A stretch of 64,000 bases of DNA, from the NCBI GenBank assembly GCA_040005235.1, contig JBDTZG010000011.1:32001-96000 (forward strand). The letters run 5' to 3'. Source of the stretch: Acidobacteriota bacterium (GTDB lineage: Bacteria; Acidobacteriota; Thermoanaerobaculia; Multivoradales; UBA5704). The first letter of the stretch is position 1. Each line of letters begins with the position of its first letter. The notes beneath the pieces are model-generated. The model was given only the letters and a program-made list of their open reading frames with translations, was not told where the DNA came from and made no database searches. Made by a program: the position numbers and the translations under genes. Shown in pieces: positions 1-10,700 of the stretch.

Positions 1-1993
1 CTCCACCAAGCTCAACAGACTGCCTTTCCAGTCCGTCTAGTGCCTTGAGGAAGTCTTCTCGCGCAACAGCGTACTGCGACCTCTTGAGTGATACCTCGGC
101 CAGTCCTATATAGACGCTCGCCTCAACACTGGGAATACCCACTGAATTTGAAACCGCCAGCGCCTTCTTATAAACTTTCTCCGCTTCCGATAGCTTCCCA
201 CTCCGCAATGTAAAGTCACCAAGAGTAACCAGATTACTGGCATAACAAGTTCGACAGGAACCGCTCTTTTCTTGTCTCTCAATGGCGTCAAGGAAATACG
301 TTCTCGCTCGTGCTACATCACCCCGGCGGCCATAGATGTTTCCAAGATTCATTAGTCCGGTAGCGAGTTCCGGGGAGTCGTTATCAAGCAATTGATTTGC
401 CTGATTGATGGTCTTAATAGCCAGGTCGAATTGACCATTTTGCGCCTGAAGGAAGGCGAGGGAGTTGAGCTGGGTAGACAACACTGAGCTTCGAGGCGCG
501 AGCCTTCTTTGTATCTCTATTGCTCGCGTCAGAAGCACCTCACACTCCGCAACTTCTCCCGCTTCGCAGTACAGGTGACTTAAATTGGTCAGCACATCGG
601 CAACTTCCTGACTGCCCGGTTGGACGGCAGTGAACCCAAGCAATGAGCGTCGCCACCGTGACTCAGCGAGTTCGATGTCTCCGCGCTCGCTCGAGACTCC
701 GGCCAAATTGTTGAGAGCGCCAGCGATGTTGGCTTGATTATTGTCTAAACCTTCGAGAACTCCTAGCGCTTGAAGGTAGTAGGTCTCTGCAGTTGCCAAG
801 TCACCTCGCCCGCGAGCAATTTGGCCAATGGAAATCATCAGATTGGCAATTGGACCCTTGGACCCTGGTGGATGTTCTCGCCAGAATGCCAGAGATTCCT
901 CGAGGAATTCTGCCGCCCGCTTGTCATCACCCTTTAAGTGGTAGAGGGTTCCGAGGTTGTATTTGAGGCCTCCGATATGCGGGCTAGTTGGCCATAGGAC
1001 TTCATAAAGACCAAGTGCTCGTTCCCAGAGAGGAGTTGCATCTCGAAAACTGTGTTTCTCGTAATACAGCAGGGCCAGCTGGGCTGCAGAGTCAGCCTCA
1101 GCCAGACTTCCCGGAGCATGCACTCTGGAAACTTGGAGTGAGTCTTTGGCATAGTCGAGAGCTGCGTCTGGCTCATTCGTTTTAGCCAGCGTCATTGCAA
1201 GTTCTCGTTTCAGGCGGGATTCCGCAAGTCCCAGCCGACAGCTCTCAGGGAGCAGAGCAAGGGCTTCAACCAGAAACTCGCGGGCGCCGCTGTAGTCTTC
1301 TTTGAAATATCGGTTCAGCCCCAAGAACTCCACAGCTCTTGAAAGAGGAAACCCCGCCGGACAGGTGTTGCCCAGCTCGGACCTTGAGGAGTAGGCAGCC
1401 GGTCTATGGCCATCTAACGACAATGCAGGAAACAACAAGTAGCATGCTGAGGCCCTATAGCGATCGACAAGCTTGGCCGCGAGTCGGAGCACCCGCACAG
1501 AGTCCCCTTTCAGGAGGTCCGCCCTTGCCTGGCCAAGCTCTTGGAGCGCGCTGGGAGCGAAAACTGGCCTGACGGAAGCACTCCATCGACCAAGCGGCAC
1601 CTGATCCAGCAGGTCCTGTGTCCCTCGCTTTCCACGGAACCGAATCACCCCCCGTGGAGCCTGCTCAACTTCCAACCACATCCAGTCAAACGGGCTCTCA
1701 ATCGTCCCGCTCGCCCCTTCCGGGTTAGCCGGCGGATTGGGCAAGCGCTCCCAACTGAGGATCACGTCTCCCGGCTGCAATCCGGCGCGCTTCAATGCCG
1801 AGTCCTCCGGGATCTCCTCGATCACGACACCCGGCAGCACCAGCGGCTCGCTCTCGTCGAGGTCGAGAGGCGGAAGCGCTTCTGAATCGGCTTTCTGGGT
1901 TTGTCCTATGGCGGGCTGAATCTGGATAAACAGCAGCGGCCAGGTAATGCAGAGTGTCATCGTGCCGCGGGCGATGGAACGGATGAAGGGCAT
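1..1993 (-). CDS. Signal-peptide PDZ-like/TPR protein, paralog of the CHAT protease at 7744-11301 (3' end runs off the window)
   Basis: Absent from the ORF track because there is no stop in the window. Manual translation from ATG 1993 (RBS AAGGAGG about 2001-2008) gives MPFIRSIARG...GVVIEEIPEDSALKRAGLQPGDVILSWERLPNPPANPEGASG...FDW..LEVEQAPRG, which aligns with GVVVESLGGWTLEKAGVQAGDVLLSWKRLPAPPANPEPAEG...FDWEELLIEQAPRG of the 11301 protein. The same frame at the left edge reads AREDFLKALDGLERQSVELGG, matching ARSYFLRALEALDHQLTRLGG. Confidence 0.85.
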   Translation of the reverse strand, partial: MPFIRSIARGTMTLCITWPLLFIQIQPAIGQTQKADSEALPPLDLDESEPLVLPGVVIEEIPEDSALKRAGLQPGDVILSWERLPNPPANPEGASGTIESPFDWMWLEVEQAPRGVIRFRGKRGTQDLLDQVPLGRWSASVRPVFAPSALQELGQARADLLKGDSVRVLRLAAKLVDRYRASACYLLFPALSLDGHRPAAYSSRSELGNTCPAGFPLSRAVEFLGLNRYFKEDYSGAREFLVEALALLPESCRLGLAESRLKRELAMTLAKTNEPDAALDYAKDSLQVSRVHAPGSLAEADSAAQLALLYYEKHSFRDATPLWERALGLYEVLWPTSPHIGGLKYNLGTLYHLKGDDKRAAEFLEESLAFWREHPPGSKGPIANLMISIGQIARGRGDLATAETYYLQALGVLEGLDNNQANIAGALNNLAGVSSERGDIELAESRWRRSLLGFTAVQPGSQEVADVLTNLSHLYCEAGEVAECEVLLTRAIEIQRRLAPRSSVLSTQLNSLAFLQAQNGQFDLAIKTINQANQLLDNDSPELATGLMNLGNIYGRRGDVARARTYFLDAIERQEKSGSCRTCYASNLVTLGDFTLRSGKLSEAEKVYKKALAVSNSVGIPSVEASVYIGLAEVSLKRSQYAVAREDFLKALDGLERQSVELGG

Positions 1994-2049
1994 GGGACGA
2001 TCCTCCTTGGCCAAATAGAACAACAGTTTGCTCCGCGGTGACCCGGACT

Positions 2050-4302
2050 TCAGAGTCCGAGCTTTGCCAAACGCTCTCCCACGTCACGAGCCTCTCGACT
2101 CTCTTCTCCGAAAAACTCTTGTTCGATGTGACGGGCTTCCGTGAGGAGCTTGCGGGCCTCTCCCAAGTCGCCCAGCTCCTCCCGCACGCGCGCCAGATTG
2201 ATCAGGCTCTTTGCGGTGTCCGGGTGGCCGTCTGGATAGAGACTGCGCCGGAGGGCGAGGGCATCGCGTTGGAGGGCCTCAGATTCCTTGAATCGGCGTT
2301 GGTAGAAGAGCAAGGCCGCCAGGTTGTTCATCGTCGCCGCGAGGCCGGGGCTCTTGGGGCCTTCGAGTTTTCGTCGCATGGCGATCGACCGCCGATACAA
2401 TGGCTCAGCCTCGCTTCCTCGTTTCTCGCTCGCCAAGACCAAGGCCAGCGTGTTGAGCGACTGCGCCCCATCGACGGATTCCGGCCCGAGGAGCCGCTCC
2501 TTCATCGCCAGCCCCTCGCGAGCCAACGCCTCCGCCTCGGCGAGGAGTCGCGCGGCATCGGCTTCCATTGGCTTCCCGGCTTGGCTGCGCAGCAGCGAAG
2601 CCAGGTTGTTCAAACCACGGGCGAGATCGCGATGGCCGTCGGGGAACGCGCGGCGCTGGATGGCGATCGCCTGGCGGATCATCGGCTCGGCCCCAGCTTC
2701 ATCTCCCCGGCTACGACGGGCTCCCGCGAGATTGTGGAGGCTCTCCGCCACCAGGAAGTGGTCCGGTCCGAAGGTTGCCCGCCGCAGGCGCAACGCCTCC
2801 TTAAGGAAGGCTTCCGCCTCCGCGAACAACCCCAGGCTTCGATAGCCGACGCCGATCACGTCGAACACCGCGGCGCGGGTGGCCGGGTCCAGAGAGGTGT
2901 CCACCTCCAGCTGGGCCGCCCGCCGCGAGAGCGCCTCTCGCACCGTGGCCTCTTTCCCCTTGGCCGTGCGGGGGTCCACCTCTTCGAGAAAGCTCAGGAA
3001 CACCTCGCGGACGGCCTCGGCGCGGTCGCGCTCGGTGCGGATCTGCCGATTCTGGCGGGCGATCGCTGCCTGCTGCACGGCGTAGGTGGCACCGAGGGCA
3101 AGGCCCAATCCCAGGATCGCGGCGCTCGCGCCCACGCCGACGCGATGCCGGCGAACGAACTTCCCTGCTCGATAGAGGGCCGACTCGCCGCGGGCCAGCA
3201 CCGGGCGCCCGTCGAGGTGGCGGCGCAGATCCTCGGCGAACGCCTCCACCGAGCCATAGCGGCGCTCCGGCTCCTTCCGCAGCGCCTGCAGAAGGATCGT
3301 GTCGAGGTCGCCGCGAAGCTCGCGAAACAGCTTCCGCGACACCTCACCCCCCTCTTCCTTCGGAGCCGCCCGAAGGATCGCAGTGCTCGGTCGGAGCGGC
3401 TTGTCCTCGCAAACGATCCGCCGGATCTCGGACGTGGTCACGTTTTCCGTGGGGTAGGGGCGCTCACCCGTCAGCAACTCGAAGAGCACGACGCCCAGGG
3501 AGTAAACATCCGTGGCCGTGGTGATCGGCCCACCCAGAAACTGCTCCGGGCTGGCGTACCGGTCGGTCTTCGGCGCCGGCCGGCCGAGCGCGGTGTGCGG
3601 ACCTCCCTCGCCGTCGCCAACCAGCTTGGCGATGCCGAAGTCGAGCAACTTCGGCGTGCCGTCGCCGGTGACGAGAATGTTGGCCGGCTTGAGGTCCCGA
3701 TGTACGACGAGGTTGCGATGCGCAAACGCCACGGCCGAGCAGACTCCGAGAAAGAGCTCCAGGCGATCGCGGAGGGAAAGCCGACGCTCCGCGCAGTAGC
3801 GGTCGATCGGCTCGCCCTCGACCGCCTCCATAACGAAGTAAGGCCGCCCCTGGACGGTGCTGCCGCCGTCCGTCAGCCGGGCGATGTTGGGATGGGAGAG
3901 CTGGGCGAGGATCTGCCGTTCGGAGCGAAAGCGGGCGAGGATCTCGTCAGTGTGGAGCCCGGCCTGCAGGAGCTTGATCGCTACGCGCTGTTCGAACTCT
4001 CCCACCCGCTCGGCCAAGAACACGATCCCCATGCCGCCCCTGCCCAGCGGTTCGATCAGCCGGTAGGGCCCGACCTCGCCACCCGCCTTCGGTTCGTCGG
4101 GAGATTCACGGAGCGAGAAGAGGGGCTCGGAGATGAAATCTCCCAGATCCTCCTCGGCGACGAGGTAGGTCAGCACTTCCGCTTCGAGCGCCGCATCACC
4201 CTCGCACTCCGCGCGCAGGAAGGCGGCGCGCTCGGAGGCCGGCCGTTCCAGCGTATCGGCCAGGAGCCTTTTGACCTGCTGCCAACGCTCCGCCTCGGCC
4301 AC
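2050..4302 (-). CDS. Hanks-type Ser/Thr protein kinase with transmembrane segment and C-terminal TPR repeats
   Basis: Motifs GRGGMG, VAIK, HRDLKPAN, DFG, YASPE, DVYSLG; hydrophobic segment; TPR-like repeats (LNNLA, LNTLA). Start re-set to GTG 4302 with AGGAGG at about 4307-4312. Confidence 0.93.
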   Translation of the reverse strand: MAEAERWQQVKRLLADTLERPASERAAFLRAECEGDAALEAEVLTYLVAEEDLGDFISEPLFSLRESPDEPKAGGEVGPYRLIEPLGRGGMGIVFLAERVGEFEQRVAIKLLQAGLHTDEILARFRSERQILAQLSHPNIARLTDGGSTVQGRPYFVMEAVEGEPIDRYCAERRLSLRDRLELFLGVCSAVAFAHRNLVVHRDLKPANILVTGDGTPKLLDFGIAKLVGDGEGGPHTALGRPAPKTDRYASPEQFLGGPITTATDVYSLGVVLFELLTGERPYPTENVTTSEIRRIVCEDKPLRPSTAILRAAPKEEGGEVSRKLFRELRGDLDTILLQALRKEPERRYGSVEAFAEDLRRHLDGRPVLARGESALYRAGKFVRRHRVGVGASAAILGLGLALGATYAVQQAAIARQNRQIRTERDRAEAVREVFLSFLEEVDPRTAKGKEATVREALSRRAAQLEVDTSLDPATRAAVFDVIGVGYRSLGLFAEAEAFLKEALRLRRATFGPDHFLVAESLHNLAGARRSRGDEAGAEPMIRQAIAIQRRAFPDGHRDLARGLNNLASLLRSQAGKPMEADAARLLAEAEALAREGLAMKERLLGPESVDGAQSLNTLALVLASEKRGSEAEPLYRRSIAMRRKLEGPKSPGLAATMNNLAALLFYQRRFKESEALQRDALALRRSLYPDGHPDTAKSLINLARVREELGDLGEARKLLTEARHIEQEFFGEESREARDVGERLAKLGL

Positions 4303-4310
4303 GCTGCCTC

Positions 4311-4880
4311 CTACTTTTTCCCCAGGACCTTGAAGAGCCACAGACGCGCCGTTTCCCACTCCCGTTTGACGGTGGTGATGGAGATGCTCAGGAGTTCCGC
4401 GATCTCGTCGTTCTGGAGTCCGGTGAAGAATCGCAGCTCGACGATGCGCGCCTGACGGGAATCGACCTCGGCCAGTTTTTGGAGAGCGTCATCGAGCGAT
4501 AGCAGATCCAGGTTGCTCTCCCAGCCCATCTCCGGCACCGCTTCGAGCGAAACCGGCCGGGCGCCGCTGCCCCGCTTCAAGCGATCCCGCGTGCGGGCGT
4601 AGTCCACCAGGATGCGGCGCATCAGGGTGGCTGCGGTGCCGAAGAAGTGCGCCCGGTTCTTGAAACGCACCTTCTTGCGACCGGCGAGACGTAGATAGAG
4701 CTCGGAGACCAAGGCGGTGGGCTGAAGGGTGTGGCGGGAGTCCTCGCGCTCAAAGTAGTACGCGGCCATCGACCGCAACCGGTCGAAGACGACGGGGACC
4801 AGCCGGTCAAAGGCGACTGTGTCACCTGCGCTCCAAGCCATCAGAAAATCTGTGATGTCCGGATCTTCCGGGTCGCTCAT
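4311..4880 (-). CDS. ECF sigma factor of the kinase-associated type
   Basis: HTLQPTALVSELYLRL, AHFFGTAATLMRRILVDYAR and region-4 IVELRFFTGL..EIAELL.IS.TTVKREW; ATG 4880 overlaps the upstream stop (ATGA); lies directly upstream of the kinase. Confidence 0.92.
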   Translation of the reverse strand: MSDPEDPDITDFLMAWSAGDTVAFDRLVPVVFDRLRSMAAYYFEREDSRHTLQPTALVSELYLRLAGRKKVRFKNRAHFFGTAATLMRRILVDYARTRDRLKRGSGARPVSLEAVPEMGWESNLDLLSLDDALQKLAEVDSRQARIVELRFFTGLQNDEIAELLSISITTVKREWETARLWLFKVLGKK

Positions 4881-6061
4881 GGCAAAGCCCCTCGCGGTTC
4901 CTTCACTCGCGCCAACTGGAGCCGGTGCTCGCGGATCAACTCTTCCTTGCCGCGTTCGCGGCGGTAGAGACGCAGAACCAGCTCGCCGGTCGGCAGCAAT
5001 GCCGTCGGCACCCCAACCGAGATCTCGTGCCCCTTCTGCCGCTCCAGAGGGTTGCGCTCCCAAAGCACACGACCCGTGGAGCCGTCGACCAGCTCAAGGC
5101 GCAACGTGCCTCCCACCACTTGGTCGACCGGCAAGAAGAGCAATAGGTGGCTCGACTGCGCAGGCAGGGCGATGGCCTCGACCTCGCCTCGGACCGCGGC
5201 TTTCGGTTCAAGCGCGACGAGTACCGGATTGACGATCAGCGCGGCTTCGCGAGCCCGGCGAAGATCTTCCGACGCGGCAGCAAGCTGCTCGTGGGCTTTG
5301 CCCTCCGTGGCCTGTCGCGCCCTCTCGCTCGCGGCGATCTGTCGGGCCAGCTCCTGCTCGCGGGCGGCGAACTCGGCCTCGCGCTCCGAGGCCGCCGCCT
5401 GCTGCCGTTGGGCAGCCTCTTCTAGCTTGGAGACCCGGCCCGTCTGTTGCCACAAGCCGGTGAGCGCCCCGAGACCGACCACGGCGGCAATGCCGGCGGC
5501 CCAGCGGAGTCGCGCATAGGTCGGTTCGGCCCTCTGCGGCAGGGGTACGACCTTCGCGATCCCCAACTCTTGCCATCGCCGGCAGGCGGGCTCCACCACC
5601 TCCGCCAGCCAGTCCTCGTACTCGGGGTCATGATCGGTCTCGATCTCGGTGAATGAGCCCTCCTTCGCGGCGGCCAGGTCGGATCGCCGACGCTCGACGC
5701 GCGCCAGGCTCGCGGTGCTGAGCCGGCCACTGCGTCGCGCTCCCGCGAGCGCCGCCGGGAAGAGCGGTTGCTCGAATCGGCAGCGCGCCGAAAGCCTTCC
5801 GACTCCGGAAGGCTCGGCCAACGCCACGTCCCCTGAGCCCACCATAGAGCCGGCATCCGCCGGAATCACCTTGGGGGCACCGCTAGGCGTAGCGGCGACC
5901 ACGACCCACTGGACGGGAAGCGCTTGTTGGGCCGGGTGAAGGAGAACGTCTCCGGGCTGTGGAGGCTCCTCCGCAAGCGTGGGAACCGCCACACCCTTGC
6001 TGCTCGCGCGGGCGGCGGCCTGAGCCCGATCCAGGGCGCGGGAGAGCAGATCGTCTTTCAT
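4877..6061 (-). CDS. Hypothetical single-pass membrane protein (cytoplasmic domain, TM, coiled coil, beta-rich C-terminus); anti-sigma-like topology
   Basis: Start MKDDLLSRALD at 6061 overlaps the upstream stop (ATGA); TM WAAGIAAVVGLGALTGLW; E/Q/A/R-rich coiled coil. Confidence 0.7.
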   Translation of the reverse strand: MKDDLLSRALDRAQAAARASSKGVAVPTLAEEPPQPGDVLLHPAQQALPVQWVVVAATPSGAPKVIPADAGSMVGSGDVALAEPSGVGRLSARCRFEQPLFPAALAGARRSGRLSTASLARVERRRSDLAAAKEGSFTEIETDHDPEYEDWLAEVVEPACRRWQELGIAKVVPLPQRAEPTYARLRWAAGIAAVVGLGALTGLWQQTGRVSKLEEAAQRQQAAASEREAEFAAREQELARQIAASERARQATEGKAHEQLAAASEDLRRAREAALIVNPVLVALEPKAAVRGEVEAIALPAQSSHLLLFLPVDQVVGGTLRLELVDGSTGRVLWERNPLERQKGHEISVGVPTALLPTGELVLRLYRRERGKEELIREHRLQLARVKEPRGALP

Positions 6062-7239
6062 GGCCGTGCCCCTCCTTCCAGAGCGTCGCCGTGGCGGCAG
6101 TGCGTGAGGAAGCCCCCCAGCGTCGCGAATAGCTCGGCGAAGCGATCCCGGGGCAGGCCGAGCCAGCGCGCGAGGCCGCGGCGGGAGGGCAGGCGCCCGG
6201 CACGCTCCCCGAGAGACTCGTTCGCCCGCTTCCGAGGCAGGGCAGGCGTCTCTTCCGTCGCAAAGGCGCGAAGGAAACCCCACAGGCGGTAGAGATGGTC
6301 GCGAGTCCGCTCGGGAGCTTCCATTTCCTCGATGTGGCGGGCGACACAGTCGATCAGGTGTCGAAAGGAGTCCTCCGCCATCAGCCGTTCCTCCACCTCG
6401 GGCTCGACCGCCCGGCAGAGATTTTCCCATTCCTCCGGTTCCTCTTCGTCCTCCCAAGCGATCTCCCCGAGCTCCGAATCAAAGAGCGCCGTCCACCGCC
6501 GCCGCGTGTCGAAGCGCACCGCGCCGATCAGCTCGCCGAAACTAAAGGACCCCACGCCGGCTGCTCCCAGCTCGGCCAGCAGATCGGCCAACCGAGCCAC
6601 GACTTCGGGGACACGCCGGTTGGGCGCAGCCACCAGGTCACCCAGAATTTCGTCGTTCCAACGCGCCACCTTCTCCACGAGGCGCTCCCGTCGTTCTTCT
6701 TCGGACCCACCGTCAAGTCCTTCCGCGACTCGAACGAGCGTGCCGCCGGTGACTCGGGCGTCTCCGCCCACGACCTCCAGTGCCCCCCGAGTCTCGGCCT
6801 GGCGCACCGCGGCGCGTAGCAGTCGAAAGAGGCGAGTGCCCAAACGATCGTTTCTCGTCTGCGCATCATGAATGAAATTCCGCAGCATGTGGGGAATGAG
6901 CGCATCGATGGCACTGCCCTGATCCAGGTAGCCGCGCAGGGTGGGCAGCCGCTCTAAGAAGAGCGTGGTGAACGCCTCGAGGAGCAATTCGTCCACCGGG
7001 CTGGAACCGCGCGCGCCGGAAGAGTCAGACCAATTGCGGAAACCGTGAATGCCCAGGTACGACGGATTGGAGTGCCAAAGCGAGCGCCGCTGGATTTCCC
7101 GCACCAGGTCGGTCCGGAGCTTCGCGAGCAGGGTTTCGAGCAAGGCCGGATCGGGGTCTCGTCCCGCGGCCAGCTCGGCAGCCAGGCGGGTGTAAATCTC
7201 CGGCTTCGGCACGCCGCCGGCCGCTTTCCAGATCGCCAT
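6058..7239 (-). CDS. Divergent sigma-70/ECF-like protein with a long central insertion and C-terminal HTH
   Basis: Region-2-like DELLLEAF...LIPHMLRNFIHDAQTR; C-terminal HTH-like LPSRRGLARWLGLPRDRFAELF; ATG 7239 with GGAGGGAG RBS. Confidence 0.6.
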   Translation of the reverse strand: MAIWKAAGGVPKPEIYTRLAAELAAGRDPDPALLETLLAKLRTDLVREIQRRSLWHSNPSYLGIHGFRNWSDSSGARGSSPVDELLLEAFTTLFLERLPTLRGYLDQGSAIDALIPHMLRNFIHDAQTRNDRLGTRLFRLLRAAVRQAETRGALEVVGGDARVTGGTLVRVAEGLDGGSEEERRERLVEKVARWNDEILGDLVAAPNRRVPEVVARLADLLAELGAAGVGSFSFGELIGAVRFDTRRRWTALFDSELGEIAWEDEEEPEEWENLCRAVEPEVEERLMAEDSFRHLIDCVARHIEEMEAPERTRDHLYRLWGFLRAFATEETPALPRKRANESLGERAGRLPSRRGLARWLGLPRDRFAELFATLGGFLTHCRHGDALEGGARP

Positions 7240-7358
7240 CGTTAACTCCCTCCATCGCATGCGACGGCCGCCGTGGAGATCGTCTCCCCGGCGGCCCAGG
7301 GGCCCCTTCTTTTCCAACGTTCTTGGCGCGAGCCGACCGCTCGCGGAAGGGGAATGTC

Positions 7359-7571
7359 ATGTCCTTGGCCCAACGTTTTTTCGCTTTGAGCTTCATTCTG
7401 CTCTCGATTGCCACCACCCGCCCAGCCAGCGGCTGCAACAACGTGCCGCTCGCGATCAACGCCACGCACCGAAGTGAGCCCATCACCAACGACGTCGACC
7501 CGTGGGAGGACGACGTCTTAATCGGCCCGAGGCCTCCCGGGATCGTTGCCGTCGCCGCCCTCACGCAGTAG
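7359..7571 (+). CDS. Small putatively exported protein (70 aa)
   Basis: ATG 7359 after AAGGGGA; N-terminus MSLAQRFFALSFILLSIA resembles a signal peptide; fills the intergenic gap. Confidence 0.4.
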   Translation: MSLAQRFFALSFILLSIATTRPASGCNNVPLAINATHRSEPITNDVDPWEDDVLIGPRPPGIVAVAALTQ

Positions 7572-7743
7572 CCACCACGCTCGTCCCCCGGCCCGAGCGA
7601 GGTGCTCGGGCCGGGGCGGGCCACCAGGTCGCTTCGAACGCAACCGCCATGGACGCGAAGGATGCATCCAAAGAAAACGCGATGTTTGAAGGCTCGATGG
7701 CCCAGCGAACGGGAAACAATAGCCGGTTGCAGCCGAGCGCCGT

Positions 7744-10700
7744 TTACTGCCAATCCCCGTAAACCTGAAACGCCGCCCAGTAGTAGGGAGCGGAGGCGTC
7801 GAAGGGGTGCTTCTCGCCCTTCTCGTCCACGATCTCGATAGGGGCTTCGATCAACTCGCGCTGGGCCGCGCGCAGAGCTTCGTCCTTGGTCTTGCCCGCC
7901 CTCAAGTGGCGGTAGAAGCGGATCATCAGCTCGGCCGTAGCCTGGTCGTTGACGTTCCACAGGCTCGCCATCACGCTCCGCGCCCCAGCGTACTGGAAAG
8001 CTCGGGTAAGGCCGATCAGCCCCTCACCGCCGAGTTCCTTGCCCAGGCCGCTCTCGCAGGCGGAAAGCACCACAAGGTCGGCATCGATCCGCACCCGCTC
8101 GACGATCTCCCAGACCTGGAGGAGGCCGTTGTCGTGTGTGGGCTGGCTTTCGACTTCTGGAGTTTCCGCGGGCACGGTCAAGGCGATGAAAGAGCCGGAG
8201 GGCAGGTGCTCATCAATGCCTGCATGCGCCGCGAAGTGGAGGATGCGCGTCTTCGGGTCGAGGGTCTTCACCCGGTCCTCCAGAGCTTCGGCGCCAAGGA
8301 AGGTGCGGGTCGTCCCGGCAGGGAAAAGGCTCGCGATGCCTTCCACCTCGCGGCGGGTGTAGGGCAGGGGCTGGAAATCGAAGAGACCCCGCTCGGCGGC
8401 ACCACGGACGGTGGGATCGATCCGATCACTCTGAGGAGCTGCTGCCGCGAGGACGGTTTCCACGGGGACATCTTTGAGGGCTGCGAGGTGCTGGGGATAG
8501 ACGGGATCACCGAAGGCCGCCAGGAGAGGCGGTGCCTCTGCACCTACCCCGGAATCCGGTGGCCCTCGGCGTCGGTTCTTCAGTTCGGCGAACACGGTGG
8601 CCGAGAGGGCCACATGCAGGGGCTTCCAGGCGGCGAAGAATTGATCCTGCTCGCCTTCGGCAGAGGTAGCACGGTGAATGAGGGCACCGAAGGGCAAGGC
8701 ATGCAGCGGACCATCGGGGAGGATAAGCAGACGTTCGCTCGCGGCGATGCGCTCTGCGGCCGGCGCAAGCAGGAGGTCGAAAAGCTCGCGGCTCGCTGCC
8801 GTCAGCTGGTTCCTCCGCAGGGCCGCGACCGCTGAGTCTCCCCGTGCCTCGGGCAGGATAGTGAGGAGGTGTTGCACCTTGGCGCGAAGAGCCTCTTCGC
8901 CGAGCGGGATGTTGTATACCTCGAGGGCAGCGTCGTGACCGAGGGTGAAGAGAGCGGACTTGTCTTTGCCTACACTCCAGGAGAGAAGCAATGTGCCTGG
9001 GTCGAGGGCCAGGCGGGCGCGCTCGGCGTCGAGCGGCTCGGGGTAGCGCAAGGCAGCAAGACGGGGGGAGGCTTTGCGGATCTCAACCTCAATATCTCCG
9101 GCCTCGTCGTCGAGGCGGCGTAGTTCGATACGGGCCTCCTTGACCTCCTTCTCATGATCGCGGAGGTTGAGGCCGGCGAGCTTTCTTAGTGTGCGGTCGT
9201 AGAGCACCCCCACCCGACGCCGTTCTCGATCGAGTTCTTCCGGGATATCGCCTGAGAAAGCAATGTCTCGCTCGGAGAGCATTCCAAGGAAGGTTTGGGC
9301 TCGATAGCGTTCGAGGGTCTGGAAGGCTTCGACCTTTTGGTTCTGTGTGAGAAGGAGATCAAGGAAGTCGAAGTAGTAGGAACGGTGTTGGCTCTGGAAG
9401 CCCGCCTCGACGCTGTAGGAACCACCGAGACGGGTGAGTTGGTGGTCAAGGGCTTCGAGGGCACGGAGGAAGTATGAGCGGGCGAGTTCGACCCTGCCTT
9501 GAGCTCGCGTTACAACGGCCAGGTTCCTCAAGGTCGGGGCAGTGAGAAGGCTTCTCGGAGCCTCACGTTCCTGGATCTGTAAAGCACGTAAGTAGAGCGC
9601 CTCCGCCCGACTGAGGTTCCCTTGAGCGCTTTCAACCAACCCAAGGTTGAACAGGCTAGGAGCCACATCAAGACTGGAAGGAGCAAGTCGCTCTCTTAGT
9701 TGGAGCGCGCGCTCGTGGAAATCAGCAGCTGTTCGCCACTCCCCGAGCCTCTGCGCGATAATTCCTAAGCTGTCCAGGCATGTGGCTATCTCAAGGCTTT
9801 CCGTAGAGAGATCCTCGAGTCGCAATGCCTGGGCGTAGTAGGCACGTGCGGTAGCCAGGTCGTCCTGAGACAGTGCAATTGAGCCAAGGTTACTAAGGCT
9901 GACAGCGGAGTTTGTACCTTTAGGAGAGATCAGCTCTTCGAGGCGGAGTGCACTCAGAAGATAATCTTGGGCACGGGAAAAGTCCCCACGTTTCCGAGAT
10001 ACAACACCCAGGTTGTTCAAGGTAGTAGCCATCTCGCGGCCCTGGGGAGACAGATCCTGTTCGACCCTTAACGCCTCGCTGTGATAGCGGTGAGCTTGGT
10101 CGAGTTCGCCAAGATCGGACGCCGCAGTTCCTAAGTTATTGAGGAGCCCTGCCAATTGGAGGCTTCTGGGGGCCAACGCGCTTATGATCTCTAGAGCACT
10201 TGCGTAGTAATCTCGGGCCAATGGCAGCTCTCCTCGCGCCCAAGAGATTGCACCTAACCCGATAAAGTTATTGGCGACGCTGAGACTCTTTGGTGCGCGC
10301 TGCTGCTTGATCTCTAGAGAGCGAAGGTAGTAGTTACGCGCACGCTCAAGGTCGCCTTGACTCTGAGACAGAACAGCCAGATTGCCAAGGCTCCCAGCCA
10401 ACTCTAGGCTCCGAGGTGCCAGCTGTTCCTGTATCCGAAGAGCCTCCAGGAAGTAGTATTTGGCGCGATCAAACCTCCCGGTCGCCCACGCCACCACAGC
10501 AAGATTATTCAGGCTATTAGCCACACCTAGGCTACCGCCGGTGACCTCCTGTTGGGTCCTAAGTGCAAAGGAGTAAGCCGCTCGGGCCGCTTCATATTCA
10601 CTCAGCTGTTCCGAAGCTTCGCCTCGAGCCCCCCACCCAACCAACCTCGCTGTCACACTCTCCGCCCGCTCCACCCCCTCCTGCGCCAATTGTGCCGCCT

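Noticed and set aside
2038-4455. Long antisense ORFs (also 23848-25467, 30043-31578, 36114-37871, 53439-55334, 62267-63916)
   Set aside because: They are shadows of well-supported genes on the opposite strand in high-GC DNA and carry no motifs.
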